A stretch of 64,000 nucleotides of DNA from an uncultured Bifidobacteriaceae bacterium (GCA_964446605.1 CAYUPN010000002.1:38788-102787); one strand, 5' to 3'; numbered from the stretch's first letter, positions 30,480-41,966 are shown. Notes: generated from the sequence alone by a model not told the origin. Numbers and translations: made by a program.

Positions 30480-32129
30480 ATGCCGCCCCGCTTGGCTCCC
30501 CAGCCCCATCGTCCTGCCGCCCCGCGGCGGCCGCGACCCGATCGCGTGCCGGCTGATCGCCGATCGCGGCGGAACGACACCCTCCTGCAGTTGCTCGCGG
30601 ACTTCTCTCGCAGCATCGACGGACCGGCCGCACTGCCGGCCGCTCTCGATCGACTGCTTGCGCGCGCCAGCACCGTGCTGGATGCCGCCGCGGCAGGGGT
30701 GTGGCTGCACGACCGCCGATCGCGGCTGCTGATCCGGGTCGCGACTCCGTCGACCTGCGCGCCGGCGCTCGACGAGACCGTCACGACAGCCGATAGCGGA
30801 CAGCCGCTCGCTTCTGCCCTTCGAGCGGCCGATCCCGTGTGCATCGCTCCGGCGTCCGGCCGGGGCCGTCTGGTGCTCGCGCCGCTCACGGGACGCCGGC
30901 GCGCGCTCGGCGTGCTGGCGGTGCACGTGCGCCGCGCGGCAATGCTCCCGGCGCGGTTGCACGCGCTGGACACGTTCCGCGAGGGGCTCGCTGCCGCGAT
31001 CGAAAACGTCCTGCTGCTGGACGATGTGGTGCGCGCGCGGAAGGAGCTGGAGCACGTCTTCGACGCGCTGACCGAGCTCGTGGTGGTTGTCGATGGCCGC
31101 AATCGGATCGTGCACGTCAACCAGGCGTTTGCGGACAGACTGGGTGCGCCGCCGCGCGACCTGATCGACACGCCGGTCGAATCGCGCCTCGGCGTTGGAC
31201 TGTCGTCCTGGCTGTCGGCGCAGGACCGGGATGCGCCGGGCACCACCGCCTGCACGTGCGTCGCCGACGCGGGGCTGGGCGGCCTCTTCGAACTGAGACT
31301 GACCGCGCTCCCGGATACGGGACGGATGGACGCGCGGCCGTCGCGTGTGCTGGTGGCGCGCGACATCAGCGCGGATCTCTGCGTCGAACTGGAGCGTCGC
31401 GAACTGGAGGGACGGCTGCGCCGGTCCGAGCAGCTGCTGGCGCTCGGGCGTTTCGTCGCGGGGGTGGCGCACGAGCTCAACAACCCGCTGCAGGGCGTGC
31501 TCGGTCATCTCGAACTGTTGCGACGGCAGCGTGACGTACCTGCCGCCGTGCAGCGCGATCTCGCGACCGCCTCGCGCGAAGCCGGACGCGCCGCGCGCAT
31601 TGTCCGGCACCTGCTGCTCTTCGCCGGGTCGGGCCGGCTGCGGCGGCGTCCCGTCTCGGTGAACGCGCTCGTCAGGCGCGTGCTGCGGGAGCACGCGGCG
31701 GCGCACCGGCGGCAGGGCGTCGTGGTGACGTGCCGGCTCGCACCGACGATGCCGGCGGTGGCGGGGGACGCCGTCCTGCTGCGGCAGGCGATCGACAACC
31801 TGGTCGTGAACGCCGTGCAGGCGATGGATGGCGCGGGGGCGTTGATGGTGTGCACGTCGGCATCGCGCAGTCAGGTGCGCGTGACGCTCGAGGACACGGG
31901 ACCGGGCCTGTCACCTGACGTCAGGGCGCGGCTGTTCGAGCCGTTCTTCACGACGAAGGACGTCGGGCGGGGCACCGGCCTCGGCCTGGCCATGGTCTTC
32001 GGCATCCTGCAGGCGCATGGCGGATCGGTGGAAGGGGGCAACCGCGCCGGCGGCGGCGCACGCTTCACGTTGACGCTGCCCGCCGACCCGGCGCGTTCCG
32101 GGCCGGCGCGCACCCGCAAGCGAGGTTGA
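30480..32129 (+). CDS. GAF-PAS sensor histidine kinase
   Basis: AHELNNPL, NLVVNA, DTGPG, FEPFFTTK, GTGLGL; start uncertain. Confidence 0.9.
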   Translation: MPPRLAPQPHRPAAPRRPRPDRVPADRRSRRNDTLLQLLADFSRSIDGPAALPAALDRLLARASTVLDAAAAGVWLHDRRSRLLIRVATPSTCAPALDETVTTADSGQPLASALRAADPVCIAPASGRGRLVLAPLTGRRRALGVLAVHVRRAAMLPARLHALDTFREGLAAAIENVLLLDDVVRARKELEHVFDALTELVVVVDGRNRIVHVNQAFADRLGAPPRDLIDTPVESRLGVGLSSWLSAQDRDAPGTTACTCVADAGLGGLFELRLTALPDTGRMDARPSRVLVARDISADLCVELERRELEGRLRRSEQLLALGRFVAGVAHELNNPLQGVLGHLELLRRQRDVPAAVQRDLATASREAGRAARIVRHLLLFAGSGRLRRRPVSVNALVRRVLREHAAAHRRQGVVVTCRLAPTMPAVAGDAVLLRQAIDNLVVNAVQAMDGAGALMVCTSASRSQVRVTLEDTGPGLSPDVRARLFEPFFTTKDVGRGTGLGLAMVFGILQAHGGSVEGGNRAGGGARFTLTLPADPARSGPARTRKRG

Positions 32130-32133
32130 TGGC

Positions 32134-32715
32134 ATGGACGACACGTATCTGACGACCGAAGAGGTCATCGACTACCTGCACGTCAACCTGCGGACCGTGT
32201 ACCGCCTGATCAAGGCGGGCACGCTGCCCGCGGTGCGCGTCGGCCGGCAGTGGCGGGTGCGCAAGGCGGATCTCGATGCCTGGCTGGAGAGCCGGGGGAC
32301 GGTCCGCCGGTCCAGGCCGGTGTCCGCTGCCGCGACGGTCCCGGCCGGCACGCCGCGCGTCCTCATCGTCGATGACGAGCCGAGCATCCGGGACGTGCTG
32401 TCGCGGACGCTGTCGATGGCGGAGTACAAGGTCGAGACCGTGGGCGACGCGCGGGGCGCGCTGGACCGGCTTCGGCTCGCCGACTTCGACCTCCTCATCG
32501 CCGATCTCCGGATGCCGGGAATGGACGGCCTCGCGCTCATTCGCGAGGCGCGGCGCCTCCAGCCGGCGCTGAAGGTGATCATCGTCACCGGCTACTCCTC
32601 CGAGGAGAGCGCCATCGAGGCCGTGAACCTGGGGGTCGTCGGCTACCTCATCAAGCCGTTCCGGGTCCCCCAGGTCCTGTCCGCCGCCGCCCGGGCCCTG
32701 GGCGAGGGGGTCTGA
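32134..32715 (+). CDS. Excisionase-like HTH fused to a receiver domain
   Basis: YLTTEEVIDYLHV..TVYRLI..VGRQWRV; VLIVDD, DLRMPGMDG, TG, KP. Confidence 0.9.
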   Translation: MDDTYLTTEEVIDYLHVNLRTVYRLIKAGTLPAVRVGRQWRVRKADLDAWLESRGTVRRSRPVSAAATVPAGTPRVLIVDDEPSIRDVLSRTLSMAEYKVETVGDARGALDRLRLADFDLLIADLRMPGMDGLALIREARRLQPALKVIIVTGYSSEESAIEAVNLGVVGYLIKPFRVPQVLSAAARALGEGV

Positions 32716-32875
32716 AGCCTTCCGGACCCGCCCCGGGGGCCGGGGCACCCCGCCCCCGGCCCAATCCCCCGCCCACACGTCTAAACTGGAAAAGAACGCC
32801 CCGACCGGAGGCGCTTGCGGCATCCGGGTGCCGGCACGAGTCGGGCGCCGGAAGCGCCTGCCGATCAGGTTCTTG

Positions 32876-33466
32876 ATGACGCGTACGGACGAGGAACTCG
32901 TCGCCCTGTCCATGGGGGGCGACGTCGAGAGCTTCAACCAGCTGGTGTTGCGCTGGGAACGGCCGATCTATGCCCTGGCGTACCGGGTGATCGGGCGGGA
33001 AGAGGAAGCGCGCGATGTCGTGCAGGAGACCTTTCTGCGTGCGTTCCGCGGCATCGGCAGCTTCCGGGGCCAGGCGAAGTTCTCGTCCTGGGTATACCGT
33101 ATCGCGCTGAATCTCTGTCGGGACTGGATTCGGCGCGAGCGCCGGGCGCCCCTGCTGCCGACGCCCGAGGGCGTGGACGTCATCGAGCTGGCGGCCGAAC
33201 AGGGGCCGGTCGAATCGGTCGAGGACCTGGTCGCGCGGCGGGACCTGAGCCGCCTCGTGGCGGATGCGATGACGAAGCTGCCCGAGGAGCAGCGGACGGC
33301 GATCATCCTGAAGGAGTACCACGGCATGACCTTCCAGGAGATTGCCGACCTGCAGGGCGTCCCGCTCAGCACGGTGAAGACCCGGCTCTATCAGGGGCTG
33401 AACGTGCTCCGGCGCCACCTCGCCGCGCAGGGCCGGCTCGATCCGGCACAAACGAAGATGTCATGA
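32876..33466 (+). CDS. ECF sigma-70 factor
   Basis: DVVQETFLRAF, FSSWVYRIALN, TFQEIA, STVKTRL. Confidence 0.92.
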   Translation: MTRTDEELVALSMGGDVESFNQLVLRWERPIYALAYRVIGREEEARDVVQETFLRAFRGIGSFRGQAKFSSWVYRIALNLCRDWIRRERRAPLLPTPEGVDVIELAAEQGPVESVEDLVARRDLSRLVADAMTKLPEEQRTAIILKEYHGMTFQEIADLQGVPLSTVKTRLYQGLNVLRRHLAAQGRLDPAQTKMS

Positions 33467-34218
33467 CCAGAGCGTTTGGCTGTGAGGACCGGGAGCAGCT
33501 GGTTGCGCTGCTCTACGGAGAGGCTGACGGAGACGAGCAGGCGGCCATCGAGGCCCACCTGGCGATCTGTCCCGCCTGTGCGAGCGAGTACGCGGCGCTT
33601 CGCGAGGTCAGGACGACGCTGACGGCCTGGGAGCCGCCGCCTGCCGAACTCGGATTCCGGATCGTCCGCGAGCCCCGGCCCGTTCGCCGGTGGTGGCACG
33701 TGCCGGCGTGGGCGCCGGCGGCACTCGCCGCCGTGCTGCTGCTCGCGGTCGGCGCCGCGCTGTCCCAGGTGCAGGTCGAGTACGGCGACGGGACCATGAT
33801 CGTGCGAACCGCCTGGTCGCCCGCGCCGGAGCGTCCGGCGTCGACGCCGCGCGAGGCCGTCCAGCCCGCGCCGGCCGTTGTCCCGGTGTCAACCGGCATG
33901 CCGGAGGACGACGTCCGCGCGGCGCTGACGGATCTCGAGCAGCGGCTGCGCGGTGTCATCGCGGCAGAGCGGACCGGCGCGGTGCCCGCGGATCGACAGG
34001 ATCTCCTGCGGCGGGTGGAGTCGATGATCGAGGCGAGCGAGCGGCGGCAGCAGCGCGAGCTCGCGCTGCGCCTCGCGCAGGTCGTGCGCGACGTCGACAC
34101 GCAGCGCCGCGCCGATCTCGTGCGCATCGAGCAGGGGATGGGCGAGCTTCAGGGGCTGACCGGGCGGCAGACCGAGCAGATGATCAACTACCTGATGCGC
34201 ACGTCGGCGCCGCGCTAG
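33463..34218 (+). CDS. Zinc-finger (HxxxCxxC) transmembrane anti-sigma factor
   Basis: EAHLAICPAC, single TM helix; ATGA overlap with the sigma gene. Confidence 0.88.
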   Translation: MTRAFGCEDREQLVALLYGEADGDEQAAIEAHLAICPACASEYAALREVRTTLTAWEPPPAELGFRIVREPRPVRRWWHVPAWAPAALAAVLLLAVGAALSQVQVEYGDGTMIVRTAWSPAPERPASTPREAVQPAPAVVPVSTGMPEDDVRAALTDLEQRLRGVIAAERTGAVPADRQDLLRRVESMIEASERRQQRELALRLAQVVRDVDTQRRADLVRIEQGMGELQGLTGRQTEQMINYLMRTSAPR

Positions 34219-34236
34219 CGGCCGCAGGCTTGGAGG

Positions 34237-35070
34237 ATGACCGTGAGGCTCGTGGGATGGATTGCCGCCGGCGTGCTCGGATTCGGCGCGGCGGCCTCGG
34301 CACAGGACGTGGCATCGGTCGCGTCCGTGCGCCCCGATCAGATGCGCGTGCGATTCCAGATCGCCGCCATGGAAGGGGTGCTCGAAACGGCCGTGCAGCT
34401 CGGCGCCAAGCGCCTGGTCCAGCAGGTGCAGGCGGTGAGCCCCGACATGCTGATCATCGGCGGGGCCGCGCGGGCGCGCGGGTTCCTGCTCGACGGCTAC
34501 GGCGTCTTCTTCGACGTCGACGTGCCCGCGATGCGCCGCAGCATCGCGTGGAGCTTCCGCACGCTCGATCGGTCCGATCGCGGGCTCGAGCTGGCCGCGC
34601 AGACCATCCGCCGCCACATGGCCGCCATGCGCGATCCGGGGGCGCGGCGCGAGGTCGAAGAGGCGCTCCAGCGAATCGTCCGGACGGCGGGTCCTGCACG
34701 GGAACCGGCTGGCGTGCCGGTCTCCGGGCAGGTGCAGGGCAGTGCGGAGGGAGACGCGGACGCGCCAGCGGGCACGGCTCCCGGCGACGCGTCCCCGGTG
34801 CTCGACGATCCCGGGCTGGCCTATACGAACGAGGTGAAGGCCGCGCTGATCGACGCGATGCTCGAATACGGCGGCGCGTCGATTCCGATCGGCGAGAACG
34901 AGTGGCTGACCGTGGCCGCGCGCGACAGCGAGTCGCGGCTGGGCGTGGTCGATCGCTATGACGTCTCGACGATTGTCCTGCGCGTGCGCGGCGCGGACCT
35001 CGCCGCCTTCCGCGCCGGCCGGCTCACGAAGGAAGCCGCCGTCGAACGGGTCGACGTCAGCGAGTACTGA
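34237..35070 (+). CDS. Secreted hypothetical protein
   Basis: GGAGG RBS, signal peptide ASA-Q. Confidence 0.75.
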   Translation: MTVRLVGWIAAGVLGFGAAASAQDVASVASVRPDQMRVRFQIAAMEGVLETAVQLGAKRLVQQVQAVSPDMLIIGGAARARGFLLDGYGVFFDVDVPAMRRSIAWSFRTLDRSDRGLELAAQTIRRHMAAMRDPGARREVEEALQRIVRTAGPAREPAGVPVSGQVQGSAEGDADAPAGTAPGDASPVLDDPGLAYTNEVKAALIDAMLEYGGASIPIGENEWLTVAARDSESRLGVVDRYDVSTIVLRVRGADLAAFRAGRLTKEAAVERVDVSEY

Positions 35071-35226
35071 CGCGCTCGCTGCCATGCGGGTTGCGGTCGA
35101 GCCGCAATCCGCAGCGAATCCCGCACCTCACGCGCCGGCGTGATCCAATCCGCAGGCAACCCGTCCGTGGTTGTCGTTCGTTCCGGTCCTCGACCCGGGA
35201 TCCGCGATCCCCATTAGAATGGCGCC

Positions 35227-35712
35227 ATGCTCCGCCTGACGTTGCCCCTGGTGCTCGCCGCCACGGTCGCGGCCGTGGCCTGTTCGTCCCCTCCGCCGGT
35301 CGCCGACACGCTCCGCATCGATGAGGTAGTGACCGGCTGGTTCGATGCGGGCGTCACCGAGGACGGCCGCAACAAGATCGTCCCGAGCATTTCGCTCACG
35401 GTCACGAACACGGGTCCCGACACCGTCGGCCCCGTGCAGCTGAACCTGATCTTCCGGCGCGTCGGCGACCCCGAGGAGTGGAGCACCGCGCTCGTGCGCG
35501 TGGTCGGGTCCGACGGCCTCCAGCCGGGGGCGACGAGCAGCTCCGTCGTCGTGCGCGCGCCGCAGGGCTATACCGGCACGCAGCCGAGGGCCCAGCTGCT
35601 GCAGAACTCGCTCTTCGTCGACGCCAAGGTCGAAGTCTTCGGCAGAATCGGCGCCTCCACGTGGACCCGTCTCGGCGACTACCCGATCGATCGCCAGCTG
35701 CTGACGCAGTAG
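35227..35712 (+). CDS. Hypothetical lipoprotein
   Basis: Lipobox AVA-C; beta-rich. Confidence 0.75.
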   Translation: MLRLTLPLVLAATVAAVACSSPPPVADTLRIDEVVTGWFDAGVTEDGRNKIVPSISLTVTNTGPDTVGPVQLNLIFRRVGDPEEWSTALVRVVGSDGLQPGATSSSVVVRAPQGYTGTQPRAQLLQNSLFVDAKVEVFGRIGASTWTRLGDYPIDRQLLTQ

Positions 35713-35714
35713 CG

Positions 35715-37073
35715 GTGGCTGCGCCTGCGCCTGCGCTCGAGCGCCGCCTCGGCTCCGTCGACGCGGCGGCGATCATCGTCAGCAACGTCATCGGGAGCGG
35801 GATCTTCCTGACGCCGGCCTTCGTGGCCGCGCTCACCGGCGATGCCTGGTCCATGATCGCGGTCTGGCTGCTGGGCGGCGGCATCGCGTTCGCCGGCGCG
35901 ATGGCGTATGCCGAGCTGGCCGCGCTGCGTCCGCGGGCCGGCGGCGAGTACGTCTATCTCCGCGAAGCCTTCGGCCCGCCGGCGGCCTTCCTCACCGGCT
36001 GGACCTCCTTCGTCGCGGGCTTTTCCGGCGCAATCGCGGCCAGTGCCGTCGGGTTCGCCGGCTACATCGGCCGGTTCGTCCCGGCTGCCGGCGACGTCAG
36101 GCCGCTCGTCGACCTGCCGCTCGGCATCGTGCACCTCACGGTGACGCCGCAGGCGCTCGTCGCGATCCTGATGATCGTGCTGCTCTCGCTCGTGCACATC
36201 CGCGGACTCGGGCCCGGACGTCTCCTGCAGAACGTGCTGGCGGGCGCGAAGGTGACCGGGCTCGTGCTGCTGATCCTGCTCGGGTTCGGCATCGGCGAGG
36301 GGTCGTGGACGCACTTCGGCGCGCCGTCCACGGTGCCGGCGGGCAGCTGGCTGCTGGCGCTCGTGCCGGTGATGTTCAGCTATTCCGGCTGGAACGCCGC
36401 CTCGTACGTCGCGGAGGAGATCCGGGATCCGGCGCGCTTCCTGCCGCGCGCGCTCGGCCTCGGCACCGGCGCGGTCGTCCTGCTGTACGTCATCCTCAAC
36501 GTGCTGTACGTCTACTCGATTCCGGTGGACGTGCTCGCGACGCTGGACCGCAGCGTGATGGACGTGATCGCGGAGCGGTTGTTCGGCCCGCGGGCGGGCG
36601 ACCTGCTCGCCATCCTGACCGCCGTCAGCATCGCCGCCAGCGTGAGCGCGATGATCATCGCGGGGCCGCGCGTCTATTTCGCGATGGCGCGCGACGGCGT
36701 GTTCTTCCGCCGGGCCGCGCAGGTGCATCCGCGCTATCACACGCCGGCCGTCGCGATCGTCGCGCAGGCGGCGTGGAGCTCGCTGCTCGTGCTGACCGGC
36801 AGCTTCTCGCAGCTGATCACGTACACCGGCTTCGCGGTCGTGCTGTTCTCCGGAATTGCGGGTATCGCGCTGTTCGTGCTGCGGCGCCGATTCCCCGACG
36901 AGCCCCGGCCCTTCCGGGCGTGGGGCTATCCGGTGATGCCGGGCCTGTTCGTGCTGGCGAGCGCGTTGATCGTGGCGAACGCGATCTGGCGGGAGCCCGG
37001 ACCGTCGGCGGCAGGGCTGCTCATCATGGCCGCCGGGCTGCCGCTCTATTTCGTGTTGACGCGGAAGCGCTGA
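35715..37073 (+). CDS. APC-family amino acid permease
   Basis: IGSGIF, AGGEYVYL, FSYSGWN, AEEIRDP, about 12 TM. Confidence 0.92.
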   Translation: MAAPAPALERRLGSVDAAAIIVSNVIGSGIFLTPAFVAALTGDAWSMIAVWLLGGGIAFAGAMAYAELAALRPRAGGEYVYLREAFGPPAAFLTGWTSFVAGFSGAIAASAVGFAGYIGRFVPAAGDVRPLVDLPLGIVHLTVTPQALVAILMIVLLSLVHIRGLGPGRLLQNVLAGAKVTGLVLLILLGFGIGEGSWTHFGAPSTVPAGSWLLALVPVMFSYSGWNAASYVAEEIRDPARFLPRALGLGTGAVVLLYVILNVLYVYSIPVDVLATLDRSVMDVIAERLFGPRAGDLLAILTAVSIAASVSAMIIAGPRVYFAMARDGVFFRRAAQVHPRYHTPAVAIVAQAAWSSLLVLTGSFSQLITYTGFAVVLFSGIAGIALFVLRRRFPDEPRPFRAWGYPVMPGLFVLASALIVANAIWREPGPSAAGLLIMAAGLPLYFVLTRKR

Positions 37074-37128
37074 AGTGGGCGCCGGGGCGGGGACGGCCTC
37101 CAAACCGTCCCCGCCCGGGCGTGACGGG

Positions 37129-38010
37129 TCAGGGCACCGGCGTGAGCCGGCCCTCCCAGGTGATCTTCTCGTGCGGCTGCGTCCGGATCTCGAAGGTCAC
37201 CGGCTCGTATCCCGGATGCCGGATCTCGATCCGGTGCGGGCCGACATCGAGATTCAGGCGCTGGAACACGCCGTCGAACTGATCGACGATGCCGGCGTAG
37301 TAGCCGTCGACGTAGACCTCCGCCTCGCGCGGCTTCACCTTCAGGCGCAGCGATCCGTACGCTTCATAGATCGGGCCGGCGTAGTGGCCGCCGTAGTAGC
37401 CATAGCCGTAGCCGTAGCCGTAGCCGTACGGCCGGTAGACCGAGTAGCCGCCGTACCAGAACGGATCCCAGTAGAAGAATCCGAAGCTGGCCGGATGGTA
37501 CGGGTAGTACGAGTAGTAGCGCGGGAAGTAGGAGTATCCGCGGTCGGGCCGGTACGGCGACCGGCGCGGCACGGCGCGGCCGAACGACTGGCGGCCGTCG
37601 CGATCCCGGGCCTCTTCGCGCGGCACCGCGCGGGCCGGCGGCGCCTCGGCGCGGGTGCCGCTGCGCGGCACGGCGCGCTCGCCGCGGTCCGACGTTCCGC
37701 CACGGGCCCGCTCGCCCTGCCCCGAGCTGTTGGGGTTCCGGCGCGCGGGCGGCGCCTGCTTCTGCTGAGCCGCACGCGAGGACGCCGCCGGAGCGGTGAC
37801 TCTGGTTGCGGGCGCCGCAGCCCTGGGCGCCGACGCACGAGGCGCGGACGCTCTGGGCACGGCCCTCGGCGCCGCGCCGGACCCGCCAGACGATGTCGCC
37901 GACCCGCGGTCGGAGGACCCCGACGACGGACGGCGCTGCTGGGCCTCGGCCGGAACAGCCGACAGCGCGGCCACCAGGCCCGCCACGAGCGCTGCTCTGA
38001 GAAGGGACAT
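37129..38010 (-). CDS. Secreted PEGA-domain protein with disordered and Tyr/Gly-rich regions
   Basis: Signal peptide; GSLRLKVKPREAEVYVDGYYAG..GPHRIEIRHPGY; AGGAG RBS. Confidence 0.85.
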   Translation of the reverse strand: MSLLRAALVAGLVAALSAVPAEAQQRRPSSGSSDRGSATSSGGSGAAPRAVPRASAPRASAPRAAAPATRVTAPAASSRAAQQKQAPPARRNPNSSGQGERARGGTSDRGERAVPRSGTRAEAPPARAVPREEARDRDGRQSFGRAVPRRSPYRPDRGYSYFPRYYSYYPYHPASFGFFYWDPFWYGGYSVYRPYGYGYGYGYGYYGGHYAGPIYEAYGSLRLKVKPREAEVYVDGYYAGIVDQFDGVFQRLNLDVGPHRIEIRHPGYEPVTFEIRTQPHEKITWEGRLTPVP

Positions 38011-38038
38011 GATTCTGCTCCTGTTGACCGGCTGCAAC

Positions 38039-38054
38039 TGCAACAGCCCTGCCA
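38039..38054 (-). promoter_or_regulatory. Sigma-54 promoter of the PEGA gene
   Basis: TGGCAGGGCTGTTGCA, GG-N10-GC, just upstream of the RBS. Confidence 0.72.
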
Positions 38055-38277
38055 GATGAGCTCGCAGATAAACGGAAGGACTTTGGCAGCTTGCGGGGGG
38101 AGTGTCCCTTCCGGGTAGCGGTCCAGCCCGACCGTGGCGCTGAATCGTCCCCGTTCCTTGACACCCCCGAAAACCGGCCGGTACACTCCCATTGTACCGA
38201 ACAGCGCTGCGGACGCCGTTCAGCTCCCACTGCCTCGCCGCGCCTCCATCCGGTTCCGCCCGCAGCGGTTCGCGCCC

Positions 38278-38805
38278 ATGTTCCACGCCACCACGATTCT
38301 CGCAGTCCGTCTGAACGATCGGACCGTGCTCGCCGGCGACGGCCAGGTCACGTTCGGCCAGACGGTCATGAAGCAGGGAGCCCGGAAGATCCGGCGCCTC
38401 TATCACGACCGCATCCTGGCCGGCTTCGCCGGCTCGGCGGCCGACTCGTTTGCGCTCTTCCAGCGCTTCGAAGCGAAGCTCGAGCAGTACCGCGGCAACC
38501 TCGAACGCTCCGCGGTGGAGCTCGCCCGCGACTGGCGCACGGATCGCATCCTGCGTCGGCTGGAGGCGATGCTGATCGTCGCGGACAAGGAAGGGATGTA
38601 CCTGCTCTCCGGCAATGGCGATCTGATCCAGCCCGACGACGGGATTGTCGCGATCGGGTCGGGCGGACCGTTCGCGCTCGCGGCGGCGCGGGCCCTCGCG
38701 CGTCATTCGACGCTCCCGGCGAGGGACATCGCCGAGGAGGCCATGCGCATCGCCGCGGGCATCTGCATCTACACGAACGACAATCTGGTCATCGAGGAGC
38801 TGTAA
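38278..38805 (+). CDS. hslV: ATP-dependent protease peptidase subunit
   Basis: [31 protein letters not shown]. Confidence 0.97.
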   Translation: MFHATTILAVRLNDRTVLAGDGQVTFGQTVMKQGARKIRRLYHDRILAGFAGSAADSFALFQRFEAKLEQYRGNLERSAVELARDWRTDRILRRLEAMLIVADKEGMYLLSGNGDLIQPDDGIVAIGSGGPFALAAARALARHSTLPARDIAEEAMRIAAGICIYTNDNLVIEEL

Positions 38806-38808
38806 GTC

Positions 38809-40188
<1,380 letters not shown>

Positions 40189-40191
40189 ACG

Positions 40192-41880
40192 TTGCGTTCC
40201 GGTCTGCCGACTGCCATTCCTGCCGCACCGAAGCGGCGTCTTCGTGCGGCGCTCGTGGCGCTGGTCGCCTGCCTGGCGGGCACGGCCGCCTGCGGCAAGA
40301 AGGGACCGCCGCTGCCGCCGTTCGCGAAGGCGCCCGCCATTCCGCCCGAGACGAGCGCGCGCCGGATGGGCGACCGCGTCGAGATCCGCTTCACCGTCCC
40401 CTCCAGCGACATCGACGCGCAGGAGCCTGCGTCGATCGATCGCGTCGAGGTCTGGGCCCTCACCACGCCGACCGCATCGCCGGAGCACTTCCGCAAGTAC
40501 GGCACGCTCGTCGGCTCGGTCCCCGTCCGCAAGCCACCTCCGCCGTCCCCTGACGTCGAGGAGGACGAGCCGCCGCCACCGCCCCCGCCGCCGTCGACGG
40601 AGCCCGGACTCGACCAGGGCCAGCCCGGGATCATTCTCGACGAGCTCACGCCCGACGAGTTCGAGACCGTCACGATTCCCGAACTGGAAAAGGCGCGTGC
40701 CCGCGAAGAGGAAGCGCTGCGGAGACGGCGCGAGCAGATGGGGGAGCCGAAGCTGTCCCCGCCGGACGTGGGGCGCCCGCTGGACCCGCCGCCGACGCGG
40801 ATTTACATGGTCGTCGGCCGCAACGGCGGCCGGTGGGGGGCTCCGCAGCGGATCCCCGTCCCGCTGACGCCGCTGCCACCCGCGCCTGTCGCGCCCGAGG
40901 TTGCCCTCGAGGAGAAGCAGATCCGGATCGCCTGGACCGAGCCGGAAGGCGTTCGCAGGCCGGTTCATGCCGGCACGGCGGCTCCGAGCCGGCCAGCCGC
41001 GGCGGCCGCGGCAACCGGCACGGTGCCAGCAGCCGGAGCGGGCGCGTCGCCGGATGCGGGAGAAGGCACGCCCGCGGGCGTGGAGCCCGAGCCGGACCTT
41101 GCGCCTCTGTTGCCGCCGGGGGACGAAGTGCGGCCCGTACAGCCAGCGCTGACGCCCTCCGCGGAGACCCCGGACGCGGACGCGGAGATCGGCGGGACTG
41201 AACCGGCGATGCCGGAGGCGCCGTCATCGGTGCCTGCGCCGCCGCAGGGAGCCGGGGAACCGGATACGGACGCGTCGAACGGGGCGGATGATGGCGAGCC
41301 GGCTCTGCTGCCGTCGCGATCCCTTGCCGGCTTCCCGCGGACCACGATCGGCTACAACGTCTATCTCGTGCCGCCGCCGGGATGGACGCCGGTCGAGGGC
41401 CAGCCCGGTGAGGTGCCGCTGCTGCCGCGGCGGCTCACGCCATCGCCGGTTGCGGCGCTGACGTTCACCGACCCGCTGTTCGAGGTCGGCGTCGAACGCT
41501 GCTACGCCGTGCGGACCGTGGAGACGACCGGCGCGATGGTCGTCGAGAGCGCGCCGTCGCCGGCCGTGTGCGTGACCCCGCAGGACACGTTCCCGCCGGC
41601 CGCGCCGGGCTCGCTGGCCGCGGTCGCCAGCGAAGGGGCGATCAGCCTGATCTGGGATCCCAACGGCGAGCCGGACCTGGCGGGCTATCTGGTGCTGCGG
41701 GCCGAGGCCTCCGGCGGTGAGCTGGCGCCGCTCATGACGGAGCCCATCCGTGAGACCACATATCGGGATACGACGGTGAAGCCGGGGGTCCGGTACGTCT
41801 ACGCCGTCGTGGCCGTCGACCGGGCGACGCCGCCGAACCGGTCGGCCCCGTCGAACCGGGTCGAAGAGGTCGCGCGCTGA
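40192..41880 (+). CDS. Pro-rich lipoprotein with fibronectin-III-like domains
   Basis: TAA-CGKKGPPLPP lipobox; DTFPPAAP, ISLIW, YVYAVVAVD. Confidence 0.8.
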   Translation: MRSGLPTAIPAAPKRRLRAALVALVACLAGTAACGKKGPPLPPFAKAPAIPPETSARRMGDRVEIRFTVPSSDIDAQEPASIDRVEVWALTTPTASPEHFRKYGTLVGSVPVRKPPPPSPDVEEDEPPPPPPPPSTEPGLDQGQPGIILDELTPDEFETVTIPELEKARAREEEALRRRREQMGEPKLSPPDVGRPLDPPPTRIYMVVGRNGGRWGAPQRIPVPLTPLPPAPVAPEVALEEKQIRIAWTEPEGVRRPVHAGTAAPSRPAAAAAATGTVPAAGAGASPDAGEGTPAGVEPEPDLAPLLPPGDEVRPVQPALTPSAETPDADAEIGGTEPAMPEAPSSVPAPPQGAGEPDTDASNGADDGEPALLPSRSLAGFPRTTIGYNVYLVPPPGWTPVEGQPGEVPLLPRRLTPSPVAALTFTDPLFEVGVERCYAVRTVETTGAMVVESAPSPAVCVTPQDTFPPAAPGSLAAVASEGAISLIWDPNGEPDLAGYLVLRAEASGGELAPLMTEPIRETTYRDTTVKPGVRYVYAVVAVDRATPPNRSAPSNRVEEVAR

Positions 41881-41918
41881 GGCGCGGGCACGGGGATATG
41901 ATCAGACGTACGGATTGC

Positions 41919-41966
41919 GTACGGGTGTCTGGCACCCGTACCGGTACCGGTGTCAGACACCCGTAC
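41919..41966. repeat. 48-bp near-perfect nested palindrome (REP doublet-like)
   Basis: GTACGGGTGTCTGGCACCCGTAC-CG-GTACCGGTGTCAGACACCCGTAC. Confidence 0.85.

Noticed and set aside
32134..32715. Prophage excisionase
   Set aside because: The HTH is fused to a receiver domain next to a kinase, so it is a regulator
38083..38095. Sigma-54 promoter for hslV (TTGGCAGCTTGCG)
   Set aside because: GG-GC spacing is 6, not the required 10
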